The position numbers and the translations under genes are program-made. Shown piece after piece: positions 19,464 to 32,238 of a stretch of 64,000 nucleotides of DNA (position 1 is its first letter; every line of letters begins with the position of its first letter). The notes under the pieces are model-generated. The model was not told the origin of the DNA. It saw only the letters and a program-made list of their open reading frames with translations, and did no database searches. Source of the DNA: Daphnia carinata (Eukaryota); contig NC_081331.1 of NCBI RefSeq assembly GCF_022539665.2, positions 11,470,001 through 11,534,000 on the forward strand, given 5' to 3'.

Positions 19464-20501
19464 ATAGAATACTAACATATAAACGATAAACCAATGGAAA
19501 CAATGCTTACCATCAAAGGTGACAAAAACAAATAATGCGAAGAAAAAAAAAAAAGTTGATAAATGTAATGTGTGAACACGGCTAACACAGACAATGAAAG
19601 AAACAAATTTTGGATAAAATATTTTATAAAAAAAATTTTATTGACAATTCTCTGCACATTACAATTATTTTTGCAACTTTAAAAAGGCACAATAGCCCTT
19701 TCAAAAGTTGCCGTCAACCCAGGCAGGGGGAGACACTGCCTTGTTGACCCACCGGGGAGATTACCCGGTGATTGGCTAAGAGAAGCCGGAAGAAGAGCTG
19801 AAGATTTGGAACATTTTTACAGGAGCGATTAACCTTTAGTTCGGATTTGTGGGTAGCCACATCGCCCTCCGTGAACACATCATCGGACTAAGCGGCACCC
19901 CACGTCCCCTTTCCGGCCAGAGCCCTCCAAACCTCGGTATATGTTATTTTTATATATACCGTACAGTAGGGGCATGACCCCCTACGGGCTTATTACGAGT
20001 CAAGGGGAAACGGGGCTACGGAAAGGAAGGGAGCCCAGATATGCACCTCAATTTTTTAAATATAAAATACCGTCTCGGGAATCCAAATTAAGTATAGAAA
20101 TGTCATGTCATCCATCGAATCAATACAATTTATTCAGTGTCTTGCCCCAACCAAGAATCTTTTCAGATCCAATGTTACTATTAACCTATGCTGAGAAAAG
20201 AAAAACAACACCATTAAGCATCTCAATTGTTGCTCATGTGACTTACATGACTCATAGATTCAACTTCTGGCAGAAGCTTGGGAAAGGCCATACAAATTGC
20301 AGATGAAAATCATTGTATAAGGCTCTTGAATGATAAAATAGCACCCCTAGAATGTTGCATTGTTGATAGTTGTGTTCCCAGTATGCTGAAAATCCTTTCC
20401 TGTTGGATAATTTTTTTTTTTAGATTAGACATGGGTGGCAAAAAGTAGGAGAAATGCTTTGTCATAAATTCAAAAAATTTTCAAGAAAATTCCTTTCATA
20501 C

Positions 20502-21400
20502 CTAAATAGTCCATGTGTGATGTTCATTGCTGCAATGCCAGCGAAGTGAAACATCTTTAGAGCCATTTAAGTACCCAGCTTCACCAACACTCTGAACGTA
20601 AAGGACAAGTTGTTCTTTAGCAAGAGCAGCAGCTCATACCTTAATGGTAATGCACTTTCAGTGTTTTTCAACTGTATGCTCACTCGTCCAACCTGCAACA
20701 CTTCCAGATTTTACTTGATCCCCCGCTAAAATTCTGTGAATGCAAAATAACAGCATTAAAAATACTTTTTCAATAGACAAAAAACCGAAAAGTACCTAAT
20801 CCATGTTTTATGTTGAACTCATGCCATTTCTGGGTTTCCGTACCACACCCATTTTCGGCCCAAATACGGTCCCACAATTCTTCAGTTCCTTCGCTGCATG
20901 GATTTATTATTAACGATTCTTTTACTACAGCACTAACTGAATTTAAATTTAACACACTGTCAGGTGGTGGACTGAATAACTAAACAATAAATAATTGTTT
21001 TTTTAAAATTCTATACTTATTTTGAATTCTTATTTGAAAAGTTTAGGTACCTGACTGTGTTCGCCTAACGCCAACTCATCCTCATGTTCAGTTAGGGATG
21101 AGTTTGGAAAAACCTCCTTCACTGTTTGGAAACTGTTCCGTTCCAATTTGTTCTTTTCCCATAGCTGTGCTTGTAGACTCAAAATTTGAGCTACAAAACC
21201 CGAATGAATAAAAGCAAATAAATAGAATCATTACGTATTAGGCCTACCATCCTTAGCTTTGTTGTTATCTAATATTTTGTGTTGTTCCAATAACTGGGCC
21301 TGCAGCTTCATAATTTGATCTAATAAACAATAATTAATAATTGAAAACCAACATAATAATCTTTATACTTACCATTTTGTTGTTTTATTATCTTATCCAT
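20502..21400 (-). pseudogene. Arm-encoded spliced orphan gene (copy 1R)
   Basis: Inverted copy of 16897-17906. Exons 1-4 are open; there is a TAG early in exon 5 and a ~100-bp deletion near 20630. Confidence 0.65.
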
Positions 21401-21612
21401 TTTTCAATTGCTCCTCCAGCCACGCAGTTTTCTCCAGCCACGCTGCTCAATTAAATGCAAATGGCATACAATTAACTGAAATTGCATACATACTTGTAAT
21501 AACGAAACCGACTGATAGATGGCTACGGGTGGAAAAAAGAGAAAAAAGTGTGATTTTTTTTTTTTTTCCGCCATTTTTTTTTTTTTTTTTTCATGTAAAA
21601 CGGATTGCCATA

Positions 21613-22991
21613 GGCTATAGCCTTACCACTTTTTCATTTTTGGCCAAGATTTAAATATCACTTAAAATGCATGATTTCGATTCAGAATTGAATGCTTATC
21701 ATGAAAACCAAATTTATTTTTTAATTAGCCGTATGGTTTTTAAACTAAATGCAAAAAACGGCAAAAAACGACTAAATAAGTCGGGCTTAAAATTTTTTGC
21801 TACAAAAACTTACACTCATCAGAATTCATTGAATATCACAGGATTTATTCAAAATTGAATGCTGATTCCGGAAAAATTACTATTCTTTTCATTAAGTCAA
21901 TCGTTTTTTTACATACAACAAATATTTGAATAATGCTAGCACGCCAGTACGCTACAGCGCTAGCGCGGTGAAGAAGAAATTTAGTTTTTTCCCGTTTATT
22001 ATTGTAATGGCTGGTTAAAAGAGAAAACCAATCACGAATCAAAATCAGCGTCCAATCTTGATTACACCCTCTGATTTTTGTCGAATTCCAAGAGATGGCA
22101 TTTTTTGCCGATTTCGACAAAAGTGAGAAGGCTATAGCCTTACCATTTTTTCATTTTTGGCCAAAATTTAAATATCAATTAAAATGCATGATTTCGATTC
22201 ACAATTGAATGCTCATCATGAAAACCAAATTTATTTTTAATTGGCCGTATGGTTTTTAAACTAAACGCAAAAAACGAAAAAATAAGTCGGGCTTTATTTA
22301 CTAGTCGGGCTTACTTAATTTTTCGTTTTTTACGTTTAGCTTAAAAACCATATAGCCAATTGGAAAATAAATAGAATTTCTGTGATCAGCATTCAATTTT
22401 GAATCCAAATCATGTATGTTAAGCAAAATTTGAGATTTGTCCAAAAATGAAAAAGTGGGAAGGCTATAGCCTTCCCACTTTTGTCAAAATTGGCCAAAAA
22501 CGATATCACTTGGAATTCGACAAAAATCACAGGGTATAATCAAAATTAGACATTGATTTCAATTCTGTGATTGGTTTTCTCCTTTAACCATCCGTTACAA
22601 AAATAATGGAAAAAAATATACATTTCTTCTTTATCGCGCTAGCGCCGTAGCGTACTGGCGCGCTAGCATTTTTTCAAATATTCGGTGTATTTCAAAAACG
22701 ATTGACTTAATGAAAAAAATAGTGATTTTTCCGGAATTAGCATCCAATTTTGAGTATATCCTGTGATATTCAATCAATTCCGAAGAGTGCCATTTTTTGG
22801 AGTAAAATAGTTTAAGCCCGACTAAATAAGCCCGACTTTTTTATATTTTCGTTTTTTACGTTTAGGTTAAAAACCATCAGGCTAATTGGAAAATAAATTT
22901 GATTTTCGCGATCAGCATTCAAGTCTGAATCGAAATGATGTGTATTAACATTCGTTTTATAATTTACTTAAATAATGGATAAGTTTCATCG
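21613..22991. mobile_element. Array of MITE-like units: full unit 21618-22134, palindromic unit 22135-22466, inverted unit 22467-~22950
   Basis: Unit termini TAGCCTT(A/C)CCACTTTT ... AAAAGTG(A/G)GAAGGCTA, abutting directly as GGCTA|TAGCC at 21617/8, 22134/5 and 22466/7. Confidence 0.85.
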
Positions 22992-23513
22992 ATTCCAATT
23001 CAAATTTTCAGCGCAATTTTTTGTAAAGCTTACGTATACCAATATATGACTATAACTCTTCCTAGTGTTTTGTCTGCTCTTCTACTAATATTTATTACAC
23101 CTGATTTTGAGCGTCACTGGGTTACCTCTCGTTTGTCATCCAGACGACATGCTAGGAGAATACAAACGGAATCCATACAAGTAGGAATAACCTTGTTTGT
23201 TCTCTTTACAACCTATAAGGGCTTTTGTAATGAAGCCATATTGCAACAAAGCCTGAAGCTTCCCGTTTTCTTGGTCTTTCCAGTGCGTAGCGTAATGGCG
23301 AGAAACCATCGCGCTGTCTGGATATTCTTGTTCCATTATCAGGATTCCTCAAAACTTTTATTTTGGGGCTGACGAACGATAGGTTGAGGCAATTACATTT
23401 TGTTCAGTTGTGAACCGATAGTCAACATTGGAGAAAGTTGTCAAAATCTCATCTCCGTCCTTAAAGATTTTTACGACGTTTCCGACAGCCATAATTTCAA
23501 AAGGGAAATACCA

Positions 23514-25583
23514 ATGGGGTCTGGTGGTGGCTCCATTGGTTGGGGGCAAAAGTTGTCTTTCGGCACCGGTCACGTTCTCAACGATTTGTGCGCTAGTGTG
23601 TGGTTCAGTTATCTCCTCGTTTATCTTCAATACGTCCTCCTGGTAAAAACACCAAGGATTAGCGATTTCATATAACTCATTTCGCTAAATACTTCCATTG
23701 TTTAGATCCCTAGTGCGCTTTCAGGCATTATCTTGCTCATTGGCCAAATTGCTGATGCCATAGCCACACCGTTGGTAGGTATTCTATCTGATCACGGCCA
23801 GTGTTGTTGCATCGGCGGACAAAGGTTGTGCAATTACGGAAAACGGAAAATATGGCATCTTACCGGTGGGTGTTTCGTACAGCTGTCGCATTTCAGTCAC
23901 GTTTTCTTAATTGGTCTTTGGTTGCTGGTTAACTTTGCTATTCGCAATCAACATTTATCAGGTTCGATATGCGTCATCGTTTCGTTTCCGCTCATGTTCG
24001 TTGGTTGCATGGGCTTATGCGAGCACTCAAATGGCATTGGCTATTTAATCATCCTTATAGCTCTTGTTTGCCTCTTCCAGTTTGGCTGGGCAGCTGCCCA
24101 AATTTCTCACCTTGCCATGATACCCGAACTAACGCATGTTGAAGCGGAACGGGATGAGCTCAATATCATCAGGTATAAAACAATTAGCATAACAAACGCA
24201 TAGGCCACTGTTATGTTAACTATGTCAGTAAACTATTTTTAGGTTTTCGTTTGATATCATCACCGATATATTAGTATACGCCATTGCGCTCATCATTTTT
24301 TCACAGAGCAGCCATAATTTGTCTCAAGTCACATCTGAAAGCGGCATTGATTTTATGGTAAGCTAAAACCATTTCTGGTTTTTGCGATTGTGCTCTCAGT
24401 AACATGGAACCTGGTATTTGAACAGATTTTAGCGTTATCAATTACTGGCATCGGAATCATCTTTACGGTCATCTTTCACGTCGGTGTTGATGAAAAGCCC
24501 ATCAAAATTGAAAGACCTGAAGCCTTAATGGGCACAGCAGCCGTTTCGTTGAAAACTCAGTGGTTGGGATGGTTTTACAACTGGCATTTCTACCGAGTAA
24601 GGTTAGAACCTCGATCGATAAGAATTCATTTTACATCATAACATGAGGAAGCCTTATTAATCCTACTGTGTTCCTTATAGGTTGGAATATTGTACACGGC
24701 AGCCCGTCTGGCTCACAACACTTCGATCGTCTTTGTGCCGCTTTACTTACAAGAAACTCAACAATCAGCAGAAGTAATTTCTACTACACTCTCAATTCTA
24801 AATTGAATGTAATAGTACATACGATTAACGCACTCACCTGGATAGATGTTGGCTTTGATTCCTCTGGTGATGAACATCGCTGGACTTCTCGGTTCCGGTC
24901 TCCTCAAAATCACTATCAAACTGTACGGCAAAAAAGCTTCTTACGCAATGGCTTCTCTTATGGGATTGATCAGCTGCATTTGGCTCGTTATCGACACAAA
25001 CTTGTCGGAAAATGCCGCAACGTTGGATCCCTTGTTGGGACCACCTTCTTCGGACAATGCACAATTTTACTTGCTGGCTTCAATGATGGGTGGTGGGGCT
25101 GCTATGGTAGTTATCTTGTCTCTCACGTCCGCCGCCGACCTTATCGATAGCAACACGGTAAATTGCGTTCTTCTAATTGCTTGCAATACTTTTGCCACCC
25201 CTAATGTGACACAATTATATTTTGGATTAACAGGAAACGTCAGCATTCGTCTACGGTTGCATGAGCTTCTGTGACAAAATGTCTAGTGGTATCGTCGTTG
25301 CCGTTATCCAGGGACTGCATAGGTATCTTGTCAAACGATTCACCAATTATAAAACTGATTCATCTTCTGTTGTTTTATTTATAGTTGGGTCTGCGAGGAA
25401 GGTTGTACTTATTTCTATGCCCAGGTGCTCATTTACGGTGTCGGTATTCCTTTCATCTTTGTCATAATAACGAGCTTGTTGGGACCTAAAACACAAAGTG
25501 AGCAACTTGAAGGGAGAAACGTGAAGAGCTATGGAACTTGTCGGACCGAAGAGACGACTTCGTTGATCGAATATGTTCACTGA
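23514..25583 (+). CDS. MFSD12: MFSD12-like major facilitator superfamily transporter (MFS_2/GPH type), multi-exon
   Basis: Contains FGTGHVLNDLCASVWFSYLLVY, LLIGQIADAIATPLVG, YGKRKIWHL, FQFGWAAAQISHLAMIPELT and SAFVYGCMSFCDK. Approximate exons: 23514-23642, 23706-23865, 23962-24172, 24243-24357, 24426-24596, 24681-24773, 24846-25157, 25233-25322, 25385-25583. AATAAA at 25591. Confidence 0.92.
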
Positions 25584-26116
25584 ACAAGCCAATAAATTTA
25601 TTTCAACTTCCAAGAATAAGTTATCTTAATTTATTATCTATTATTCAATTCCTTGGGCTTGTCTTTTCCATGAAGCGTGAAATATTTTGTGCTTACCAAC
25701 AACTTGCCTAAGTGCACATGACAGATATTTCTTCTCGAAACCGATATTCCTGTAATTTAAATCATAGACCATTTAATCTACTGGCTAACAGATGCCCGCT
25801 GTACCCTGACTACCGTATATTTCAGTAATTTTGCGGTAGGGATTTTGCCGAGATAACTTATCATTATCGCCACAAGAGACAAGACCGTAGGCATATTATG
25901 TCCTATAACAATCTCACCACCTTCTTAAACGAAAGATTCCCCAATCTCAATTGTATAGGGTGATAGGCCGAATGTAAGTGCAGCGGTAGTATGTGGAAGG
26001 ACACAATGGCATCGAAAACTTTACGAGCACCAGGAACGGTTTAGTGCTGCCACACAAGTGCGCCGTACCATACTAGCGCGCCAACATTGCACCCTTTTTC
26101 TGAGGTATGGAGTAAA

Positions 26117-27406
26117 GCCTTCCTTTTAAAACTTTTTGCCAACACTAAAATTTCACTTAAAATACATGATTTAGATGCAAATGCAATGAAGATCACGAAA
26201 ATCCAATTTATTTTCGTATTGGCCTTATGGTTTTTAAACTAAACGTAAAAAACGAAAAAATAAGGAAAGTCGGGCTTATTTAGTCGGGCTTAAATTTTTT
26301 TACTACACAAACTAACACTCATCGGAATTGATTGAATATCACAGGAATTATTCAAAATGGAATGCTGATTCCGGGAAATTACTTTTCCTTTCATTTAGTC
26401 AATCGTTTCTTACATACACCAAATGCTTGAAACAATGCTAGCTCGCCAGTACGTTACAGCTCTAGCGCGGTGAAGAAAAAATATATCTTTTTTTCCATTA
26501 TTTTTGTAACGGAAGGTTTAAGGAGAAAACCAATCACTGAACTGAAATCAGCGTCTAATTTTGATTATACCCCGTGATTTTTGTCGAATTCCAAGTGATA
26601 TCGTTTTTGGCCAATTTTGACAAAAGTGGGAAGGCTATAGCCTTCCCACTTTTTCATTTTTGGACAAATCTCAAATTTTGCTTAAAATACATGATTTGGA
26701 TTTTAAATTGAATGCTGATCACAGAAATTCTATTTATTTTTCCAATTGGCTGTATGGTTTTTAAGCTAAACGTAAAAAACAAAAAAATAAGTAAGCCCGA
26801 CTAATAAATAAGCCCGACTTATTTTATCATTTTTTGAGCTTAGTTTAAAAACCATGAGGCCAATTACAAAATAAACTTGATTTTCAGATAAGCATTCAAA
26901 TCGGAATCGAAATCATGTATTTTAAATGAAATTTAAATTTTGGCCAAAAAAGAAAAAGTGGGAAGGCTATAGCCTTCCTATTTTTGCCAAAATCGGCAAA
27001 AAATACCATCTCTTACAATTAGATAGAAATCACAGGGTATAATCAAAATTGGACGCGGATTTCGATTCAGTGATTGGTTTTCTCTTTTAACCAGCCGTTA
27101 CAAAAATAATGGGAAAAAAGATATATATAGATATCGCCGCGTTAGCGCTGTAGCGTACTGGCGCGCTAACATTGTTTAAATATTTGGTGTATGTAAAAAA
27201 TGATTGACTTAATGAAAAGAATAGTAATTTTTCTGGAATCAGCATTCAATTTTGAAACAATCCTGGGAAAATATTCAATGAATTCCGATGAGTGTCAGTT
27301 TTTGTAGCCCGACCAAATAAGCCCGACTATTTATTTTTCGTTTTTTACGTTTAGTTTAAAAACCATAAGGCGAATTAAAAAATTAATTTGGTTTTCATGA
27401 TAAGCA
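26117..27406. mobile_element. Second MITE-like array: unit ~26117-26637, palindromic unit 26638-26969, inverted unit 26970-27406 (interrupted)
   Basis: Same motifs, with GGCTA|TAGCC junctions at 26637/8 and 26969/70. It is the reverse-complement equivalent of 21692-22950. Confidence 0.85.
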
Positions 27407-27636
27407 TATGGCAATCCGTTTTACATATGGCAATCCGTTTTACACAAAAAAAAAAAAAAATTTCGCCAAAAAAAAAAAAAAAATCACACTTTTTTCTTTT
27501 TTTCCGACACGTAGCCATCTACCGCTCAGACTCGTTATTACTGGCGTAGGCAATTTCAGTCCATTGGATGCCATTCGCAGTTAGTTAAGTAGCGTGGATG
27601 GAGAGAATAACGCGTGGCTGGAGGAACAATTGAAAA

Positions 27637-28648
27637 ATGGATAAGATAATACAACAAAAGGATGGTAAGTATAAACATTATTATATTGGTTTTCAATTAT
27701 TAATTATTGTTTATTAGATCAAATTATGAAGCTGCAGGCCCAATTATTGGAACAACACAAAATATTAGATAACAGCAAAGCTAAGGATGGTAAGGGCTTA
27801 TACGTAATGATTCTATTTATTTGCTTTTATTCATTTGTGTTTTGTAGCTCAAAGTTTGAGTCTACAAGCTCAGCTAGGGGAAAAGAACAAATTGGAATGG
27901 AACAGTTTCCAAACAGTGAAGGAGGTTTTTCCAAACTCATCCCTAACTGAACATGAGGATGAATTGGCATTAGGCGAACACAGTCAGGTACCTAAACTTT
28001 TCAAATAAGAATTCAAAATAAGTATAGAATTTTAACAAACAATTATTTATTGCTTAGTTATTCAGTCTACCACCTGACAGTGTGTTAAAGTTAAATTCTG
28101 TTAGTGCTGCACTAAAAGAATTGTTAGTAATAAGTCCATGCAGCGAAGGAATTGAACAATTGTGGGATCGTATTTGGGCTGAAAATGGGTGTGGTACGGA
28201 AACCCAGAAATAGCATGAGTTCAACATAAAACATGAATTAGGTACTTTTCGGTTTTTTGTCTATCAAAAGAGTATTTTTAATGCTATTATTTTGCATTCA
28301 CAGAATTTTAGTGGGGGATCAAGTCAAGTCTCGAAGTGTAACAGGATGGAAGAGTGAGCCTACAGTTGAAAAACACTGAAAGTGCATTACCATTAAGGTA
28401 TGAGGTAAAGTAATAGAGTATGCAAATTGTCTAATGAGAAGTACCATCTTGTGTGAATGAATCCTGTGTAACAACAATCCTTTATAGTTCTGTTATAGCT
28501 AGAAGCCTCAAATAATTCTGCTTCTCTTGCTAAAGAACAACTTGTCCTTTACACTCAGAGTGTTGGTGAAGCTGGGTACTTAAATGGCCCTAAAGATGTT
28601 TCACTTCACTGGCATTGCAGCGATGAACATCATACATGGACTCTTTAG
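27637..28648 (+). pseudogene. Arm-encoded spliced orphan gene (copy 2L)
   Basis: Same exon structure, with an in-frame TAG at 28211 (TGG>TAG) in exon 4. Confidence 0.65.
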
Positions 28649-29761
28649 GTATGAAAGGAATTTTCTTGAAAAATTTTTGAATTTATGATGAAGCTTTTCT
28701 CCTCCTTTTTGCCAACCATGTCTAATCTACAAAAAAAAACATTATCCAATAGGAAAGGATTTTCAGCATACTGGGAACACAACTATCAACAATGCAACAT
28801 TCTAGGGGTGTTATTTTATCCTTCAAGAGCCTTATACAATGATTTTCATCTACAATTTGTATGGCCTTTCCCGAGCTTCTGCCAGAAGTTGAATCTATGA
28901 GTCATGTAAGTCACATGAGCAACAATTGAGATGCTTAATGGTGTTGTTTTTCTTTTCTCAGTGTAGGTTAATAGTAACATTGGATCTGAAAAAATTCTTG
29001 GTTGGGGCAAGACACTGAATAAATTGTAATGATTGGATGGATGACATGATATTTCTATACTTCATTCGGATTCCCGAGACGGTATTTGATATTTAAAAAA
29101 TTGAAGTGCATATCTGGGCTCCCTTCCTTTCCGTAGCCCCGTTTCCCCTTGACTCGTAATAAGCCCGTAGGGGGTCATGCCCCTACTGTACGGTATATAT
29201 AAAAACAACATATACCGAGGTTTGGAGGGCTCTGGCCGGAAAGGGGACGTGGGGTGCCGCTTCGTCCGATGATGTGTTCACGGAGGGTGACGTGGCTGCC
29301 CACAAATCCGAACTAAAGGTTAATCGCTCCTGTAAAAATGTTCCAAATCTTCAGCTCTTCTTCCGGCTTCTCTTAGCCAATCACCGGGTAATCTCCCCGG
29401 TGGGTCAACAAGGCAGTGTCTCCCCCTGCCTGGGTTGACGGCAACTTTTGAAAGGGCTGTTGTGCCTTTTTAAAGTTGCAAAAACAATTGTAATGTGCAG
29501 AGAATTGTCAATAAAATTTTTTTATAAAATATTTTTTGCAAAATTCGTTTCTTTCATTGTCTGTATTCGCGCGCACACGTTACACTTTTTATATTTAGCT
29601 TGCTTTATTCACTTTATTGTTTTTGTCACCTTTGATGGTAAGCATTGTTTCCATTAGTTTATCGTTTATCTGTAAGTATTATTTATTATACTCTTTGAAT
29701 TCTTCAACTTAGATTCAAGGAAAAATCTGGATATTTTATGAAGTAATTTTGTATTTTGTTT

Positions 29762-30186
29762 TACTCGTATGGGAACCGATCCCCAGACATTCAGCGTGCA
29801 ACGCTGATGCTCTAACATTGAGCCACGAGATATATCTAAATATTTTATTATCGCATATCATATGTTATCGTCTAGGATATTTATGCAGTCTTTCACAACT
29901 ATATGTTTATCTTTCTATTGCTTACATAAGGTTCTTAGCTCTGTGGTAGAGCTTTTATCTGTGATACCTGTTACCCTGGGTTCAAACCTCAGTAGATGTG
30001 TAAAAATGAAATAGAATAATGTAGAAGAGTATATTGCAGAATTGCATTTCAGTTTTATTCTAAGTGAAAATGCAAGTCCACAAGTGACTAGAAAAAAAAG
30101 CCAACTTAAAATCATATGATTCGTGGCTCATTGGTAGAGCATCGGCGACGTATGCCAAACATCCAGTGTTCGATCCCTGGATAATA
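29762..30186. ncRNA. Three tRNA-like units in the element 2 spacer (29762-29832 minus; 29929-29998 plus; 30116-30186 plus)
   Basis: A boxes TGGCTCAATGT, TAGCTCTGTGG and TGGCTCATTGG; B boxes GGTTCAAACC and TGTTCGATCC. Confidence 0.6.
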
Positions 30187-31224
30187 ATAGAATGCTTACA
30201 GATAAACGAAAACCAATACCCGTCACCTTACCATCAAATGTGACAAAAACAAATAAAGCAAAGCCAAAACAAAAAAAATTGATAAATGCAATGTGTGAAC
30301 AAAGCTAACACAGACAATGAAAGAAACGAATTTTGCAAAAAATATTTTATAAAAAAAATTTTATTGACATTTCTCTGCACATTACAATTATTTTTGCAAC
30401 TTTAAAAAGGCACAACAGCCCTTTCAAAAGTTGCCGTCAACCCAGGCAGGGGGAGACACTGCCTTGTTGACCCACCGGGGAGATTACCCGGTGATTGGCT
30501 AAGAGAAGCCGGAAGAAGAGCTGAAGATTTGGAACATTTTTACAGGAGCGATTAACCTTTAGTTCGGATTTGTGGGCAGCCACGTCACCCTCCGTGAACA
30601 CATCATCGGACGAAGCGGCACCCCACGTCCCCTTTCCGGCCAGAGCCCTCCAAACCTCGGTATATGTTGTTTTTATATATACCGTACAGTAGGGGCATGA
30701 CCCCCTACGGGCTTATTACGAGTCAAGGGGAAACGGGGCTTCAGAAAAGAAGGGAGCCCAGATATGCACTTCAATTTTTTTAATATCAAATACCGTCTGG
30801 GGAATCCGAATTAAGTATAGCAATGTCATGTCATCCATCCAATCAATACAATTTATTCAGTGTCTTGCCCCAACCAAGAATCTTTTCAGATCCAATGTTA
30901 CTATTAACCTATATTGAGAAAAGAAAAACAACACCGTTAAACACATCAATTGTTGATCATGGAACTTACATGACTCATAGATTCAACTTCTGGTGGAAGC
31001 TTGGGAAAGGACATACAAATTGCAGATTAACTTCATTGTATAAGGCTCTTGAATGATAAACTAGCACCTGTAGAATGTTGCATTGTTGATAGTTGTGTTC
31101 CCAATACATGAAAATCCTTTCCTATTGGATAAAATTTTTTTTGGTAGATAAGACCTGGTTGGCAAAAGGAGGAGAAATTCTTCGTCATAAATTCAAAATT
31201 ATTTGAAGAAAAATCCTTTCATAC

Positions 31225-32238
31225 CTAAAGAGTCCATGTATGATGTTCATCTCTGCAATAGCAGCAAAATTAAAACATCTTTAGGGCCATTTAAGTACCC
31301 AGTTTCCCCAACACTCTGAACGTAAAGGACAAGTCGTTCTTTAGACAGAGAAGCAGAATTATTTGAGGCTTCTAGCTGTGACAGAACTATAAAGGATTGC
31401 TGTTGTACTGGATTCATTAACACAAGATGGTACTTCTCATTAGGCAATTTGCATTACTCTATTAATTTACCTCACACCTTACGGTAATGCACTCTCAGTG
31501 TTTTTTCATCTGTAGGCTCACTCTTCCATCCTGTAACACTTCCAGACTTGATTTGATCCCCCGTTAAAATCTGTGAATGCAAAATAATAGCATTAAAAAT
31601 ACTTTTTCGATAGACAAAAAACCAAAAAGTACCTAATCCATGTTTCATGTTGAACTTGTGCCATTTCTGGGTTTCTGTACCACACCCATTTTCAGCCCAA
31701 ATACGTTCCCACAATTGTTCAGTTCCTTCACTGCATGAGCTTATAACTAACGATTCTTTTAGTGCAGCACTAACAGAATTTAAATTTAACACACTGTCAT
31801 GTGGTGGACTGAATAACTAAACAATAAATAATTGTTTTTTAAAATTCTATACTTATTTTGAATTCTTATTTGAAAAGTTTAGGTACCTGATTGTGTTCGC
31901 CTAACGCCAACTCATCCTCATGTTCTGTTAGGGATGAGTTTGGAAAAACCTCCTTCACTGTTTGGAAAGTGTCCCATTCTAATTTGTCTGTTTTCCAGTA
32001 ACTGAGCATGTAGACTCAAAATTTGAGCTACAAAACACAAATGAATAAAAGCAAATAAATAGAATCATTATGTATAAGCCCTTACCATCCTTAGCTTTGC
32101 TGTTATCTAATATTTTGTGTTGTTCCAATAATTGGGCCTGCAGCTTCATAATTTGATGTAATAAACAATAATTAATAATTGAAAACCAATATAATAATGT
32201 TTATACCTACCATCCTTTTGTTGTATTATCTTATCCAT
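31225..32238 (-). pseudogene. Arm-encoded spliced orphan gene (copy 2R)
   Basis: Inverted copy; ORF-track fragments 31472-31792 and 31247-31447 belong to it. Confidence 0.65.

Larger units (their letters stand above)
16691..21612. mobile_element. Foldback element copy 1 (complete, ~4.9 kb): left arm 16691-~18950, spacer ~18951-19457, right arm ~19458-21612
   Basis: Termini TATGGCAATCCGTTTTACA ... TGTAAAACGGATTGCCATA. Mirrored ORFs at 18136-18468(-)/19941-20306(+), 18752(+)/19657(-) and 17342(+)/20955(-). The right arm lacks about 100 bp near 20630. Confidence 0.92.

Noticed and set aside
19790..19930. Possible hammerhead (CTGAAGA) or HDV-like (TCA-CCCTCCG-TGA) ribozyme in the GC core
   Set aside because: The required GAAA/stem III and the P1.1/P2 pairings could not be completed by eye.
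16691..21612. Assignment to Pokey/piggyBac, Tc1/mariner, hAT or ISL2EU
   Set aside because: No TTAA or 8-bp TSD and no transposase. A TA or AT TSD cannot be verified because the flanks do not rejoin into an empty site.
23046..23372. Overlapping ORFs upstream of MFSD12
   Set aside because: No recognisable homology or splice structure; likely promoter or 5' region.
25810..25840. TACCGTATATTTC resembling a pogo/mariner TIR start
   Set aside because: No matching inverted partner found.
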